Shown here one piece after another: positions 21,327 through 31,790 of a stretch of 64,000 bases of DNA. The notes below the pieces were generated by a model. The model did no database searches. It was given only the letters and a program-made list of their open reading frames with translations, and was not told where the DNA came from. The position numbers and the translations under genes were made by a program. Source of the stretch: Escherichia phage BYEP01. How positions within the stretch are numbered: position 1 is the stretch's first letter; the number at the start of each line of letters is the position of its first letter. The DNA is taken from the sequence record OR757453.1; one strand, given 5' to 3'.

Positions 21327-21908
21327 ATGGCGAGTTTAATTTTTACTTACGCAGCAATGAATGCTGGAAAATCTGCTTCTCTTTTGACTGCTGCGCATAA
21401 TTATAAAGAACGTGGAATGAGTGTATTAGTTCTTAAGCCTGCTATTGATACTCGCGATTCTGTCTGTGAAGTCGTTTCTCGCATTGGAATTAAGCAGGAA
21501 GCAAATATTATTACAGATGATATGGATATTTTCGAGTTCTATAAATGGGCTGAAGCACAAAAAGATATTCATTGCGTATTTGTAGATGAAGCCCAGTTTT
21601 TAAAAACTGAACAGGTGCATCAATTGAGCCGAATTGTTGATACATATAATGTTCCTGTTATGGCTTATGGATTAAGGACTGATTTCGCTGGAAAATTGTT
21701 TGAAGGTTCTAAAGAACTTTTGGCGATTGCAGATAAACTTATTGAACTAAAGGCAGTTTGTCATTGTGGTAAAAAAGCTATTATGACAGCTCGATTAATG
21801 GAAGATGGAACACCAGTTAAAGAAGGTAATCAAATCTGTATTGGTGATGAAATTTATGTTTCTTTGTGTAGAAAACATTGGAATGAATTAACTAAAAAGC
21901 TCGGTTAG
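21327..21908 (+). CDS. tk: thymidine kinase (193 aa)
   Basis: P-loop AMNAGKSASL; C-terminal Zn-binding CHCGKKA...C; 193 aa as in T4. Confidence 0.9.
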   Translation: MASLIFTYAAMNAGKSASLLTAAHNYKERGMSVLVLKPAIDTRDSVCEVVSRIGIKQEANIITDDMDIFEFYKWAEAQKDIHCVFVDEAQFLKTEQVHQLSRIVDTYNVPVMAYGLRTDFAGKLFEGSKELLAIADKLIELKAVCHCGKKAIMTARLMEDGTPVKEGNQICIGDEIYVSLCRKHWNELTKKLG

Positions 21909-21918
21909 TGCAAAAGTT

Positions 21919-21926
21919 ATAAATAG
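21919..21926 (+). promoter_or_regulatory. late promoter TATAAATA
   Basis: Exact TATAAATA upstream of rI region. Confidence 0.5.
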
Positions 21927-21950
21927 GTTTATCTAACTAAAGGGGTATAT

Positions 21951-22163
21951 ATGCTACAATTAACTGAAAAGCAACTTCGCAATCTTACTGTTCTTCAATT
22001 AGATGAAATTCGTAGGGAAGTTGGAAATATCATTTCAGCTTTGCGTCGAGAAGTATCACTCAACCAATCTCCGGCAGACTATACTAGATTGCGAAATTTT
22101 GAAAAATACCTTGATAAAGTTAAGGCCGTGCATCGGCATAAAGTAAATACAGGACAAAAATGA
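21951..22163 (+). CDS. hypothetical protein (70 aa), rI.-1 position
   Basis: ORF with SD. Confidence 0.5.
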
Positions 22164-22175
22164 TAGGAGGCCTTT

Positions 22176-22469
22176 ATGGCCTTAAAAGCAACGGCACTAT
22201 TTGCCATGCTAGGATTGTCATTTGTTTTATCTCCATCGATTGAAGCGAATGTCGATCCTCATTTTGATAAATTTATGGAATCTGGTATTAGGCACGTTTA
22301 TATGCTTTTTGAAAATAAAAGCGTAGAATCGTCTGAACAATTCTATAGTTTTATGAGAACGACCTATAAAAATGACCCGTGCTCTTCTGATTTTGAATGC
22401 ATAGAACGAGGCGCGGAGATGGCACAATCATACGCTAGAATTATGAACATTAAATTGGAGACTGAATGA
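22176..22469 (+). CDS. rI: lysis inhibition regulator RI (97 aa)
   Basis: MALKATALFAMLGLSFVLSPSIEA signal-anchor; 97 aa; matches remembered T4 RI. Confidence 0.85.
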   Translation: MALKATALFAMLGLSFVLSPSIEANVDPHFDKFMESGIRHVYMLFENKSVESSEQFYSFMRTTYKNDPCSSDFECIERGAEMAQSYARIMNIKLETE

Positions 22470-22852
22470 AATTCAGCGACTTTTCACAAAGTGGAAAACC
22501 TTCAAAGGCAGATGAATACTTAGGTTTATTAATGGCTGCACAAGCTTATTTTCATTCTGCACATTTTGAAACTAAAAATTATGCTAGACACAAAGCATAC
22601 GATTTTATTTTCTCCGAGTTGCCAGATTTGATTGATAAATTTGGTGAGCAATATTTGGGGTATTCTGGTAGAAAATACACACCTTCAATTCCAGATGCCA
22701 GTAAACTTCCTACCGACACAATTAAAATGATTGATCGCATACTAGACCAATCTAACAGCATTTATAAAGAAATGCCTCCAGCCATCCAAAGCACGATAGA
22801 TGATATTACTGGAATGTTTTACCAGAGTAAGTATCTTCTTTCCCTCGAATAA
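22466..22852 (+). CDS. hypothetical protein (128 aa)
   Basis: ATGA overlap with rI. Confidence 0.5.
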
Positions 22853-22855
22853 CAT

Positions 22856-22878
22856 TAGTCTCCTTCGGGAGACTTTTT
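22856..22878 (+). terminator. UUCG-loop terminator hairpin + T run
   Basis: agtctcc-ttcg-ggagact-ttttt. Confidence 0.65.
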
Positions 22879-22887
22879 CATTTTACC

Positions 22888-22917
22888 GGTTTACTTTCCG
22901 TTTGAACTGTGGTACTA
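22888..22917 (+). promoter_or_regulatory. early promoter
   Basis: gtttac..tgtggtactat. Confidence 0.55.
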
Positions 22918-22946
22918 TACAACCATCGGATAAAGAGGAGAACATC

Positions 22947-23135
22947 ATGAAAATTGAAGCACTTAATCAAGAAGGAAATATCTACGTCATCATTAATGGT
23001 GATTTTTTCGTCGACATGGATGAAGTTACTAGTGAAGAACTTGTAGAACTTCTTAAGAAACGTTATAATATGTGTGATGAAGTTGCAACTCACATGGCGT
23101 GTGCAATATTCTCTCTTTCATATGTGGTGGAATAA
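22947..23135 (+). CDS. hypothetical protein (62 aa)
   Basis: SD AGAGGAG. Confidence 0.5.
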
Positions 23136-23338
23136 TGATTAGCATTGAACAAGCAGATAAAATTAAAGAATTGGTAGCTTTAATTCGCAAAGCAGATGAG
23201 GAACTTAGTGACTTTGCTTGGTTTTCGGCAGGCATTGCAAATAAAGGCGCTGAAGAACTTGAAGCTAAAGTTGATAATGCTGTAGAAGCTTTAGATATGT
23301 TTCTTGATGAAATTATCGATCATAATACGAGAGTTTAA
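23135..23338 (+). CDS. hypothetical protein (67 aa)
   Basis: TAATG overlap. Confidence 0.45.
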   Translation: MISIEQADKIKELVALIRKADEELSDFAWFSAGIANKGAEELEAKVDNAVEALDMFLDEIIDHNTRV

Positions 23339-23340
23339 GT

Positions 23341-23535
23341 ATGCTGACATGCGAACAGTTTGAAAAAATCATTAAATTAGTACGTGATGTTGAAATAGAT
23401 TCATATCAATTAGCAATTGAGCATTGTGAAGGATATTCATACGAAGGTATAGCAGCAGCTAAAAGAGATTTGGATAAATCTAAAGCTAAGTTAGTTCAAT
23501 ATCTTGAAATGATTAGGTGGAATAATGAAAACTGA
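23341..23535 (+). CDS. hypothetical protein (64 aa)
   Basis: ORF. Confidence 0.45.
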   Translation: MLTCEQFEKIIKLVRDVEIDSYQLAIEHCEGYSYEGIAAAKRDLDKSKAKLVQYLEMIRWNNEN

Positions 23536-23698
23536 AAAGCAGATGTTTTTAATGAAGCTAATTGAAGAATATGCTAATGCAGTTTCTGACTATGAGTGTT
23601 CTTCTCGTGAAAGGGGTATAGCTTTCGCAAAAGAAGAAATGAAAATCATGGTTGATGCTCACACAAAGCTTCAGAATTTTATTGAAAACGTCATTTAA
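23525..23698 (+). CDS. hypothetical protein (57 aa), not in ORF track
   Basis: Read manually. Confidence 0.35.
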   Translation: MKTEKQMFLMKLIEEYANAVSDYECSSRERGIAFAKEEMKIMVDAHTKLQNFIENVI

Positions 23699-23701
23699 CG
23701 G

Positions 23702-23731
23702 TTTACAAGTTGGCAAGGTTATGGTATAGTA
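23702..23731 (+). promoter_or_regulatory. early promoter
   Basis: gtttac..tatggtatagt. Confidence 0.5.
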
Positions 23732-23865
23732 ATCTTGTCAACTGCTAAGGAGAAGAGAATGAAAATTTTGTTTGTTGTGTATGTGATGATTCAATATAAT
23801 TACCCAATGTTTACTTATAATCTGGTGAACAACATTATTGATATTATTCAAAGGAGTATGTAATT

Positions 23866-24423
23866 GTGAGTGAGTCGAAGAGAATCAATATGAAACGATT
23901 AGTATTAGAAGTTAGTTCACTTTTTGGTGAATTGGCTATAGAAAAAGTAAATAATATGTATCGTTTGACGCAAGAAGACGATATGCTATATTTTACGCCT
24001 AGTGAAATCATTCATTTAACCCAAATTGAAAATCCTTATACTGATAAAATTGTAAGCATTAATGATGAGCATAAAATTCATTTTTATTCTTCATGCCCAG
24101 GATTTAATATTGAAAGCGAGTCAATATGCTTATCAGTTATCCATTGGGATAGTTTTATAGATAAGATTAAATATTTTTATTATTCTAATGAAAGAAAACA
24201 TAGTTTAAAATGGCTCAAAAATTGCAATGCTATTATTACTAACGCTTGCAATCAGAATGATGAAACTGCTTTAAATGTATCAAAATGTTATGAAGAAGGA
24301 GATGTCTTAACTATTCGTCAAATTGACGATTTTCGATCACATATTGTCACATTTACCAAAGACGAAGCTATTGCGTTAAAGACTTATCTTGATTCTGTCA
24401 TTCCAACTATGACTTCAAAGTGA
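23866..24423 (+). CDS. hypothetical protein (185 aa), GTG start
   Basis: SD AAGGAG upstream. Confidence 0.5.
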   Translation: MSESKRINMKRLVLEVSSLFGELAIEKVNNMYRLTQEDDMLYFTPSEIIHLTQIENPYTDKIVSINDEHKIHFYSSCPGFNIESESICLSVIHWDSFIDKIKYFYYSNERKHSLKWLKNCNAIITNACNQNDETALNVSKCYEEGDVLTIRQIDDFRSHIVTFTKDEAIALKTYLDSVIPTMTSK

Positions 24424-24497
24424 GGAAATATGTTTATTTCAAGTGGAACAGACATGTGTTATAAATGCAAAGCAAAATTAAATGAGACGAAGAACCA

Positions 24498-25277
24498 ATG
24501 AATTATACTAAAGTATATAATAATTTAATTAAGAAAGGAAAACTCAGAAAATTAGATAAATCTAAATTAAATTTTTATACGGAAAAGCATCATATTATTC
24601 CATCTTGTATTGGTGGTAATGATGATTCTGATAATTTAGTTTTATTAACAGCTAGAGAGCATTTTATAGCCCATTGGCTTTTAGCTAAAATTCATTATAA
24701 TTCGCCTGGATTAATTTATGCATGGTGGTCATTTTATAATTTTGGAGAAGATTCTTTAGGAAGAAATCTCAAATTAACTTCAAGAGGATATCAGTTAGTT
24801 AGAGAAAAATTTTCAAAAATACATTCTAATACAATGAAAGAAATGTGGAAGTCTAATGAATACAGAGAAAAACGTTCGATAACATTAAGTCTTCCTGAAA
24901 TAAGGGCTAAAATTTCAGAATCCCAGTTAGAAGCACAAAACAAACCGGAAGTTAAAGAAAAAATATCTAAAGGGGTGAAAGCTGCTTTTAAACGACCGGG
25001 AGTTAAAGAAAAACACTCTGCTGCAGTCAAAAAATCTTTGAATAATTTTGAAACTAAAAAGAAACAATCAAATTCATCTAAAATTAGACAAAGAACTGGT
25101 AAACATTGGCAAGACTATGACTTACTTTATAAGTTATGGATTAAATTAAATAGACCTAAACGTGGGTCATTCGGAACTTATATAAGTAAATTAGGATATC
25201 CAAAATCTAATTATCATCGATTGATTGTACAATTTAATGAAGATTATGAAAGGTCTAATAATGAAAACTGTAGTTAA
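24498..25277 (+). CDS. HNH homing endonuclease (MobD-like) with NUMOD repeats
   Basis: EKHHIIPSCIGGNDDSDNLVLLTAREHFIAHW; repeated KPEVKEKISKG / RPGVKEKHSAA. Confidence 0.8.
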   Translation: MNYTKVYNNLIKKGKLRKLDKSKLNFYTEKHHIIPSCIGGNDDSDNLVLLTAREHFIAHWLLAKIHYNSPGLIYAWWSFYNFGEDSLGRNLKLTSRGYQLVREKFSKIHSNTMKEMWKSNEYREKRSITLSLPEIRAKISESQLEAQNKPEVKEKISKGVKAAFKRPGVKEKHSAAVKKSLNNFETKKKQSNSSKIRQRTGKHWQDYDLLYKLWIKLNRPKRGSFGTYISKLGYPKSNYHRLIVQFNEDYERSNNENCS

Positions 25278-26271
25278 GTCTTATTTTGGTAGTCATCTTT
25301 ATGGAACTTCTACTCCAGAATCTGATGTAGATTTTAAAGAAATCTTTGTTCCTCCTGCTCGTGATATTCTTATTGGAAATGTTAAAGAGCATATGAGCAA
25401 AAACACTAACAACACATCATCTAAAAACACTAAAGATGATATTGACCATGAACTATACAGTCTTAAGTATTTCTTTAAATTAGCAGCAGATGGTGAAACC
25501 GTAGCATTGGATATGCTCCACACTCCACCTGAACTAGTAGTTAAATCTGATTTGCCTGATGTATGGAAATTTATCCAAGACAATCGTTCACGGTTTTATA
25601 CAACTAGCATGAAAGCCTATTTAGGATATGTCCGCAAGCAAGCTTCTAAATACGGTGTCAAGGGTTCTCGTTTGGCCGCATTGCGTGATGTATTGAAAGT
25701 AGTTAATCAAATCCCTGAGCAATGGGTTGATTACCAAGAAGATGGTTCTATTAAGCAACGTCGCACTAAAGTTGAAGATATTAAGCATCGTCTTCCAGAG
25801 AACGAATTCTGCGAATGGGTATTCCATAATCATGAGAAAACAGGCCCGCAAACGTTTTACACTGTGTTGGGTCGTAAATATCAGACAACGCTTTCTCTTA
25901 TCGAGCTTAAGCAGTCACTGAACAAATTAGATGCTGAATACGGCGAACGCGCTCGTAAGGCTGAAGCGAATGAGGGCATTGACTGGAAAGCTTTGAGCCA
26001 TGCTTGCCGTGGTGGACTCCAACTATTGGAAATTTACAAAACTGGTGACTTAGTCTATCCACTTCAAGACGCTCCATTTATTCTCGACGTGAAGTTGGGT
26101 AAACATCCATTTAAAACTGTTCAAGAGTTTTTGGAAGATGTGGTCGATCAAGTAGAAGCAGCATCCATTGAAGCTTCTAAGAACGGTATGCAGCAAAAAG
26201 TAGACATGGGTTTCTGGGATGACTTCCTTGAGAGGGTTTATCTTGAAAACCACCGAAGTTATTATAAATGA
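25261..26271 (+). CDS. nucleotidyltransferase-fold protein (pol-beta superfamily NTase)
   Basis: N-terminal GSHLYGTSTPESDVDF (GS..x..[DE]x[DE]) NTase signature. Confidence 0.55.
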   Translation: MKTVVKSYFGSHLYGTSTPESDVDFKEIFVPPARDILIGNVKEHMSKNTNNTSSKNTKDDIDHELYSLKYFFKLAADGETVALDMLHTPPELVVKSDLPDVWKFIQDNRSRFYTTSMKAYLGYVRKQASKYGVKGSRLAALRDVLKVVNQIPEQWVDYQEDGSIKQRRTKVEDIKHRLPENEFCEWVFHNHEKTGPQTFYTVLGRKYQTTLSLIELKQSLNKLDAEYGERARKAEANEGIDWKALSHACRGGLQLLEIYKTGDLVYPLQDAPFILDVKLGKHPFKTVQEFLEDVVDQVEAASIEASKNGMQQKVDMGFWDDFLERVYLENHRSYYK

Positions 26272-26275
26272 TAGG

Positions 26276-26300
26276 GAGCCTTCGGGCTCCCTTTTTTATT
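26276..26300 (+). terminator. UUCG-loop terminator hairpin + T run
   Basis: gggagcc-ttcg-ggctccc-tttttt. Confidence 0.65.
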
Positions 26301-26333
26301 TCAAAATTTTTTCACAAAACTTTGGAGAATAAA

Positions 26334-27302
26334 ATGAAAACTGTAACTATCAATAAGGGTATCTACTTCGGTAAAGAAATATCTGGAACTTTTGAGCTCT
26401 TAGGCGAATGGTTCCCAGATAATGCTCCGGTAGATGCACAAGGAGATGGTAAAGTTTTTGTTGAAATTGACGGTAAACGTCGCGGTGTTTGGGTTTACAA
26501 ATCAGATATTTCATATGATGGTGTAAAAGTTGAAGAAGTTAAAGAATCATATGAAGATATGAAAACCCGCATTAATAAAAGATTTAATGTTATGGGAATG
26601 ATGACGAATGGTATTATTAATGGAAATATTCGTTCATTAATTATCTCTGGCGCAGCAGGTATTGGTAAAACGTATTCTTTAGATAAAGCTTTAAATAAAG
26701 CAAATGATAATGGATACATTGAATATAAAAGCATTAATGGTAAAATCTCTGGTATTGGTCTTTATGAACAGCTTTGGAATAATCGTGAAGAGAATTCTGT
26801 GCTTTTGATTGATGATGTGGATGTTTTCTCTGATATGGACATTCTTAATCTTCTGAAAGCTGCTCTGGACACTGGAGAGACCCGTAAAGTTTGCTGGAGC
26901 ACTGCATCTTCTTACTTAGAAGAAAAAGGCATTGACCGTGAGTTTGAATTTAAAGGAACGATTGTTTTTATCACAAACGTTGACATTGACCGCGAATTAG
27001 ACCGTGGTACTAAACTTGCTCCACATTTACAAGCATTAGTGTCCCGCTCAGTTTATTTGGATTTGGGTGTTCATACTAATGAAGAAATTATGGTCAGGGT
27101 TGAAGATGTTATTCTTTCAACTGACATGATGCAAAAGCGCGGTCTTTCTGATGAAGAAACTTATAAAGCATTATCATGGATGAAAGTCAATGTTAACCGT
27201 TTACGTAATGTTTCACTGCGTACTGCACTTTATCTTGCTGACTTTATTATGACCGACAAAAACGGTTGGCAAGAAATCGCTGAGGTTACTCTTCTGAAAT
27301 AA
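26334..27302 (+). CDS. AAA+ / P-loop ATPase (322 aa)
   Basis: Walker A GAAGIGKT, Walker B LLIDDVD; start at MKTV after terminator. Confidence 0.65.
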   Translation: MKTVTINKGIYFGKEISGTFELLGEWFPDNAPVDAQGDGKVFVEIDGKRRGVWVYKSDISYDGVKVEEVKESYEDMKTRINKRFNVMGMMTNGIINGNIRSLIISGAAGIGKTYSLDKALNKANDNGYIEYKSINGKISGIGLYEQLWNNREENSVLLIDDVDVFSDMDILNLLKAALDTGETRKVCWSTASSYLEEKGIDREFEFKGTIVFITNVDIDRELDRGTKLAPHLQALVSRSVYLDLGVHTNEEIMVRVEDVILSTDMMQKRGLSDEETYKALSWMKVNVNRLRNVSLRTALYLADFIMTDKNGWQEIAEVTLLK

Positions 27303-27405
27303 AATTCATAAGAGGCCTTCTAAGACAAAAAGGCAGTTCAGAAATAGATTATATGGACTGCCATTAAAAAGATGACTAGAATTAAACTGGTGAATGGAGG
27401 TAGTG

Positions 27406-27708
27406 ATGTTATACTCAAAGGCTCGTGAAATTTACGAAACTAAAATTAAAGAAGCAGTATTTCAGTTCGCAACGACAATGCGATGGACAAATGACTGGGA
27501 GTATTCAAAAAATCATAAGAAGCCCATGGTGACAAGAAAGGCTCATATGTTAGTGTTAATAGACCGTGAGCAGATTAAAGCCCGAGAAGCCCTCCAGAAT
27601 CATAAAAAGGCTGCCTTTGAATGGTTTATGGATAACACTGCTCCTGAGACTAAGAAAGCAGTGAGCGCATGGTTCAGTGGAAAAAATTGTGAAAGAAGTT
27701 TCTTTTAG
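27406..27708 (+). CDS. hypothetical protein (100 aa)
   Basis: SD GGAGG 5 nt upstream. Confidence 0.5.
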   Translation: MLYSKAREIYETKIKEAVFQFATTMRWTNDWEYSKNHKKPMVTRKAHMLVLIDREQIKAREALQNHKKAAFEWFMDNTAPETKKAVSAWFSGKNCERSFF

Positions 27709-27710
27709 TG

Positions 27711-27740
27711 GTTTACAAGACTGCTCCTCTGTGGTACTAT
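27711..27740 (+). promoter_or_regulatory. early promoter (near-identical copy at 54408)
   Basis: gtttacaagactgctcctctgtggtactat. Confidence 0.55.
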
Positions 27741-27768
27741 ACAACTATCAACTACGGAGGAACAGAAA

Positions 27769-28296
27769 ATGAACGCTAAAGATATTTTCAACTTGGTAAA
27801 TTACAACGATGGTAAATTTAAATCTGAAGCACAAAGCAAGTTCTTTAACGACATCTCAATCGGAGGTGAAATCACGGTTGATGGAGGACAAATTTACAAA
27901 TCCCGTTGGAATTGGATCGTTATTATCGATGAGATTGGTATTGTAGAAATTTACAAAAATACGAATAAAAATCGTACATTACACTGGTCTCGTGATACTA
28001 ACGAACAGTACAAAAAGGATAAAGCATCTAAATTATCTCGTGTAACTCAAGAAGATATTGAGTTCATCAAGAAAGATATTTTAATGTATGATAACTTAAT
28101 TGCTGAAGAGCAAGCTGTTATTGATAAATTTGACGAGATTAAAGCTTCTCGTGAAATTCCTGATTTTATGAAAGAATCAGTAAATGAACGATACACTCTC
28201 ATTTCAGAGCGTATTGAAACTTACAAAAAGCAAAGAGCTGAACGCCAAAATACTCTTCGGAAGTTTGAAGAACGGTTAAAGACGGTACTCGCATAA
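27769..28296 (+). CDS. hypothetical protein (175 aa)
   Basis: ORF after promoter with SD. Confidence 0.55.
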   Translation: MNAKDIFNLVNYNDGKFKSEAQSKFFNDISIGGEITVDGGQIYKSRWNWIVIIDEIGIVEIYKNTNKNRTLHWSRDTNEQYKKDKASKLSRVTQEDIEFIKKDILMYDNLIAEEQAVIDKFDEIKASREIPDFMKESVNERYTLISERIETYKKQRAERQNTLRKFEERLKTVLA

Positions 28297-28351
28297 CCGC
28301 TTTATACCAAGGATGGTATAATGGTTCTAAGCCCTTTTAATTGAGATTATT

Positions 28352-28759
28352 ATGAAACAGTTGATAATTAAAAGATTGAATTTATTGATATGTTGTTTAT
28401 GTATAGCAATTGCATACGGTTATTACGCAATTAATGATTATATGCATTATAAAGATTATGATGTTACTGTAGTTAATACCATTACAGGAACACAAGGAAA
28501 AGGGTCTAGTTTATCGTTTATTGCCGTATATGAACTCAAAGACGGTTATAGATTTAGTGAATATATTTCCCCAGAGATGTATTCTTCAATAGAAAAAGGT
28601 GATAATATTACTGTAAGTTTACGTCCTTTCGACGTAAAACAGACACTGTTTGATAATATTGTTTGGTTCTTTGGGATGGTATTAGTTCAATCCGTGTGTG
28701 GCGCTTATGTAGTCTGTTCAATCATATTCTGTGTATTTAGTAAAATTGAAAATGAGTGA
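28352..28759 (+). CDS. membrane protein (135 aa)
   Basis: N- and C-terminal hydrophobic helices. Confidence 0.5.
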   Translation: MKQLIIKRLNLLICCLCIAIAYGYYAINDYMHYKDYDVTVVNTITGTQGKGSSLSFIAVYELKDGYRFSEYISPEMYSSIEKGDNITVSLRPFDVKQTLFDNIVWFFGMVLVQSVCGAYVVCSIIFCVFSKIENE

Positions 28760-28766
28760 GGAAAAT

Positions 28767-29657
28767 ATGTCAGTAGTAATTAATAATGTCAATGCAGTAA
28801 TTAAATCATTAGTTAATAAAAAAATGATGAATGAATGGACTGTACTTCGTCGTGGAGAGCCAGATAAATTTTTTCATAGATTTAACCCAACTTTGGATTT
28901 GAATGTTATTGACAGAGATGTTCATGCCGAAATTTTAGATAAGTTTAAAGTTGATATTGGATTTGGATTAGAAAAACATTTACAGCGAACAAATGGGTCT
29001 GGAATGAGTTTATCTAATCGCATTATGAAAGCCCTTAATAAAATTGGAGCATTGTCTCGTATTAATGCGAGTGAAATCCTTCGTAATTACAATAAAGGAT
29101 ATGACCTTTATGGTCGACTAATGCCAAAATTATCATTCGACCAAATGATTGCAGATTTGTGGGAAAATCAACGACGATTATTAGCATTGGGCGCTCGATT
29201 AGCTAAAGGTCTAGATAAACAAATGATTTTTAAGACCAATAATACAGAAGACCTTAAATGCTTTAAATTCAGTATTCGCGGAGATGATTATTACATCAGA
29301 GCTCGCTCTACAGATTATGTTAATATGGGGCATCATCTCTGTTTAGCTTTTGAAGTTTTAAAAGAAGCTGGAACATTAGAATATTCATCTGGTGCAAAAT
29401 GCCCTATTGGTTCAAGCTGTATTTTAATTTATCGCCCGAATGAATCCAGTTCAACTACATTGCCTACAAAACCTGTACTAGTTCGTAGTAACGAAAAACA
29501 TTCTGAACAAATTGATTATTTTAATAAACAGATTGAAGAGCTGAATATTTCTATTCAACAATATGACGATGAAATTTTCAGACTATCTGGATTGAGTAGT
29601 AAAGCTAAATCTGAACGTGAAAAGTTAATTAAAATTGTTGATTTACTTAAATCTTAA
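28767..29657 (+). CDS. hypothetical protein, tandem paralog 1 of 4 (C-terminal coiled coil)
   Basis: SD GAGG; shares central helix pattern and C-terminal coiled coil with next three genes. Confidence 0.6.
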   Translation: MSVVINNVNAVIKSLVNKKMMNEWTVLRRGEPDKFFHRFNPTLDLNVIDRDVHAEILDKFKVDIGFGLEKHLQRTNGSGMSLSNRIMKALNKIGALSRINASEILRNYNKGYDLYGRLMPKLSFDQMIADLWENQRRLLALGARLAKGLDKQMIFKTNNTEDLKCFKFSIRGDDYYIRARSTDYVNMGHHLCLAFEVLKEAGTLEYSSGAKCPIGSSCILIYRPNESSSTTLPTKPVLVRSNEKHSEQIDYFNKQIEELNISIQQYDDEIFRLSGLSSKAKSEREKLIKIVDLLKS

Positions 29658-29665
29658 GGAACACC

Positions 29666-30679
29666 ATGAAAACTCGTTCTCAAATTGAAGATATGGTTCG
29701 TAATGCCAGTTATACTCGTGATGTTATGACATTTTTGTGCGAAAATAATTTAGACCCTGATAAAGTTAATCGTGATATTCACTTTAAATATATGAATAGC
29801 AGTGAATGGGTGCGTCATTTTAGTAAAGCGGGGTATATTACACAAATGACTGCTCGTGAGCAACTCACCGATTTCTGTAAAACTATTGATTATAAAAATC
29901 CTCTATTTGTTCAAGGCGTTGGTCAAAGTAAGGTCGATTTATCATCTGGATTTTTCAATCCAAATCATTATCGTATTGAATGGAGATTTATTGCTCTATT
30001 CCGTAAACAATTAAAGCAAATTTTGTCGACGGCTAGTCGATTAAAAGGTTCTGACATTAACTTAAAGAACCTGAAATTTGATGGTTATACTCTTCAGATG
30101 GAAGTAAGACCATTAAAAGAAAATAATAGAACTGCACGAATTAGCTTTAAACCTAATACAAAAAATTCTCTTTCAATTTGCGAATGCCTTAAATCGCAGT
30201 TGACAGAAGCATTTAAGTATATGGATGTTGTTGCCGCTGTTCAGTCTAAGATTTTACCTCGTTTATTAGACACAACAACATATGAACTTGATATGATCGT
30301 TTCATTTAAATACGATTTTTTGAGAAAGGATGAAGTCGCGCAAGAGAAAAAGCAAGAAGTGCAAGATAACTTAAATTTAAATTTATCCAATTACTCATCA
30401 AACGATCCTAAATTTTGGATGTATAGTTCAGGTAATAAGGATGCATGGAAATTCAATAAAGTGAATTTTCTTCCTGTTGAAAATCCGAGTCTTAAACCTG
30501 TTGAAAAATGGCATGCAGATGCGATTGAGAATTCTCTTAAAGCAGTAGATGATGAACTGGTTAAAGCAACTAATGAAGTGTTAGAAGTTGAAAAGATGCT
30601 AGAAAAAGCTCAAGAAAAAGTCAAAAATCTTACGAAGCAACGTTCTAAACTGAACAATGCACTAAATGCACTAAACTAG
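29666..30679 (+). CDS. hypothetical protein, tandem paralog 2 of 4
   Basis: 337 aa; C-terminal coiled coil. Confidence 0.6.
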   Translation: MKTRSQIEDMVRNASYTRDVMTFLCENNLDPDKVNRDIHFKYMNSSEWVRHFSKAGYITQMTAREQLTDFCKTIDYKNPLFVQGVGQSKVDLSSGFFNPNHYRIEWRFIALFRKQLKQILSTASRLKGSDINLKNLKFDGYTLQMEVRPLKENNRTARISFKPNTKNSLSICECLKSQLTEAFKYMDVVAAVQSKILPRLLDTTTYELDMIVSFKYDFLRKDEVAQEKKQEVQDNLNLNLSNYSSNDPKFWMYSSGNKDAWKFNKVNFLPVENPSLKPVEKWHADAIENSLKAVDDELVKATNEVLEVEKMLEKAQEKVKNLTKQRSKLNNALNALN

Positions 30680-30708
30680 TTTACTTTGCCACAAGGATGT
30701 GGTATAAT
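30679..30708 (+). promoter_or_regulatory. early promoter
   Basis: gtttac..tgtggtataat; spacer contains ccaca-agga-tgtgg palindrome. Confidence 0.55.
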
Positions 30709-30736
30709 GTTCTTACTTTCTACTGAGGAGATTAAT

Positions 30737-31738
30737 ATGACTCGTAACGAATATATCAAATCATTCAATAGTGTTATTGATGATAAAGTTAAACCTAAGT
30801 CTAGTCAGAATAGTGTTCTTTCCATTATCAATCAATGGCTCAATAATATTGATGTAAGCATTGTTTCTTCCGGCAAATTTATCCATGAAGTTCATAAAAT
30901 TTCTAGTCGCGAAGATAAAGATGATATTAAGGAAACCTTTAAAGGTTCTCGTCTTCTTTCATATTTAGTTAATCAGGATATTCTTGGTAAATTTGGGAAA
31001 GAAATTAAACGAACTAAAGATGTAGTAGGATATAATTGGTTCGGTGATGTTAATTCTTATCATCTTAACATTAAAGAAGACCCTGAGAATATTTTTACTC
31101 GTCGTTGGATTAGTAATTTCAGACTTTTCAAAAAGCAAATTCTAAAATCAGCTTCTAAATTATGCTATGGCGGTTATCGTCAAATTCATCCTTGGGCTTC
31201 TGATATGATTATCATAAAAGAATATGAACTTGATAAAAATAAAGCAGCTATTTTTGTGAATTATGGATTTTTTACACCAGAAGCTAATCAAAAGAACATT
31301 AATAAATTTTTCTCAATTGCTAGTGATATAACTTGGCAATTAGAGACTGCATTACTTTGTATGGAAACGGTAGAAAATATTCATACTTATCCTTTTAAAA
31401 ATACGTGCGGTTGGGAAGGATACAAAATTGTAGTTAGTCTTCGTGAAGTAAAATGCGCGTACTCACCGACTAATAAAGAAATTTATCAACAAAAATGTGA
31501 GGAAATTGTGAATACTCCTAAAGAAGAAACTACCCTTGAGGAACTAATGGATAATCTTGATGATTCACCTGAATCGGTAGAAATTCGTCCAGAAGTTATT
31601 GCACTAGAAAAAGCTTATAAAGAAGTTCTAGAAATTTCTAATAAAGCGCAGAAAGAATATGAGAAGGCTAAAAGGATTTGGGAAGAATCTGTTAATCGCC
31701 TTGATCGTTTGGAACAAGCTTTACAGTTAATTAAGTAA
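30737..31738 (+). CDS. hypothetical protein, tandem paralog 3 of 4
   Basis: Start at MTRNEY after promoter, SD GAGGAG. Confidence 0.6.
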   Translation: MTRNEYIKSFNSVIDDKVKPKSSQNSVLSIINQWLNNIDVSIVSSGKFIHEVHKISSREDKDDIKETFKGSRLLSYLVNQDILGKFGKEIKRTKDVVGYNWFGDVNSYHLNIKEDPENIFTRRWISNFRLFKKQILKSASKLCYGGYRQIHPWASDMIIIKEYELDKNKAAIFVNYGFFTPEANQKNINKFFSIASDITWQLETALLCMETVENIHTYPFKNTCGWEGYKIVVSLREVKCAYSPTNKEIYQQKCEEIVNTPKEETTLEELMDNLDDSPESVEIRPEVIALEKAYKEVLEISNKAQKEYEKAKRIWEESVNRLDRLEQALQLIK

Positions 31739-31790
31739 TTTAAAGCCAAGGATGGCTCGGAGTATAAATCATTAACAAAGTGAGAAGAAC

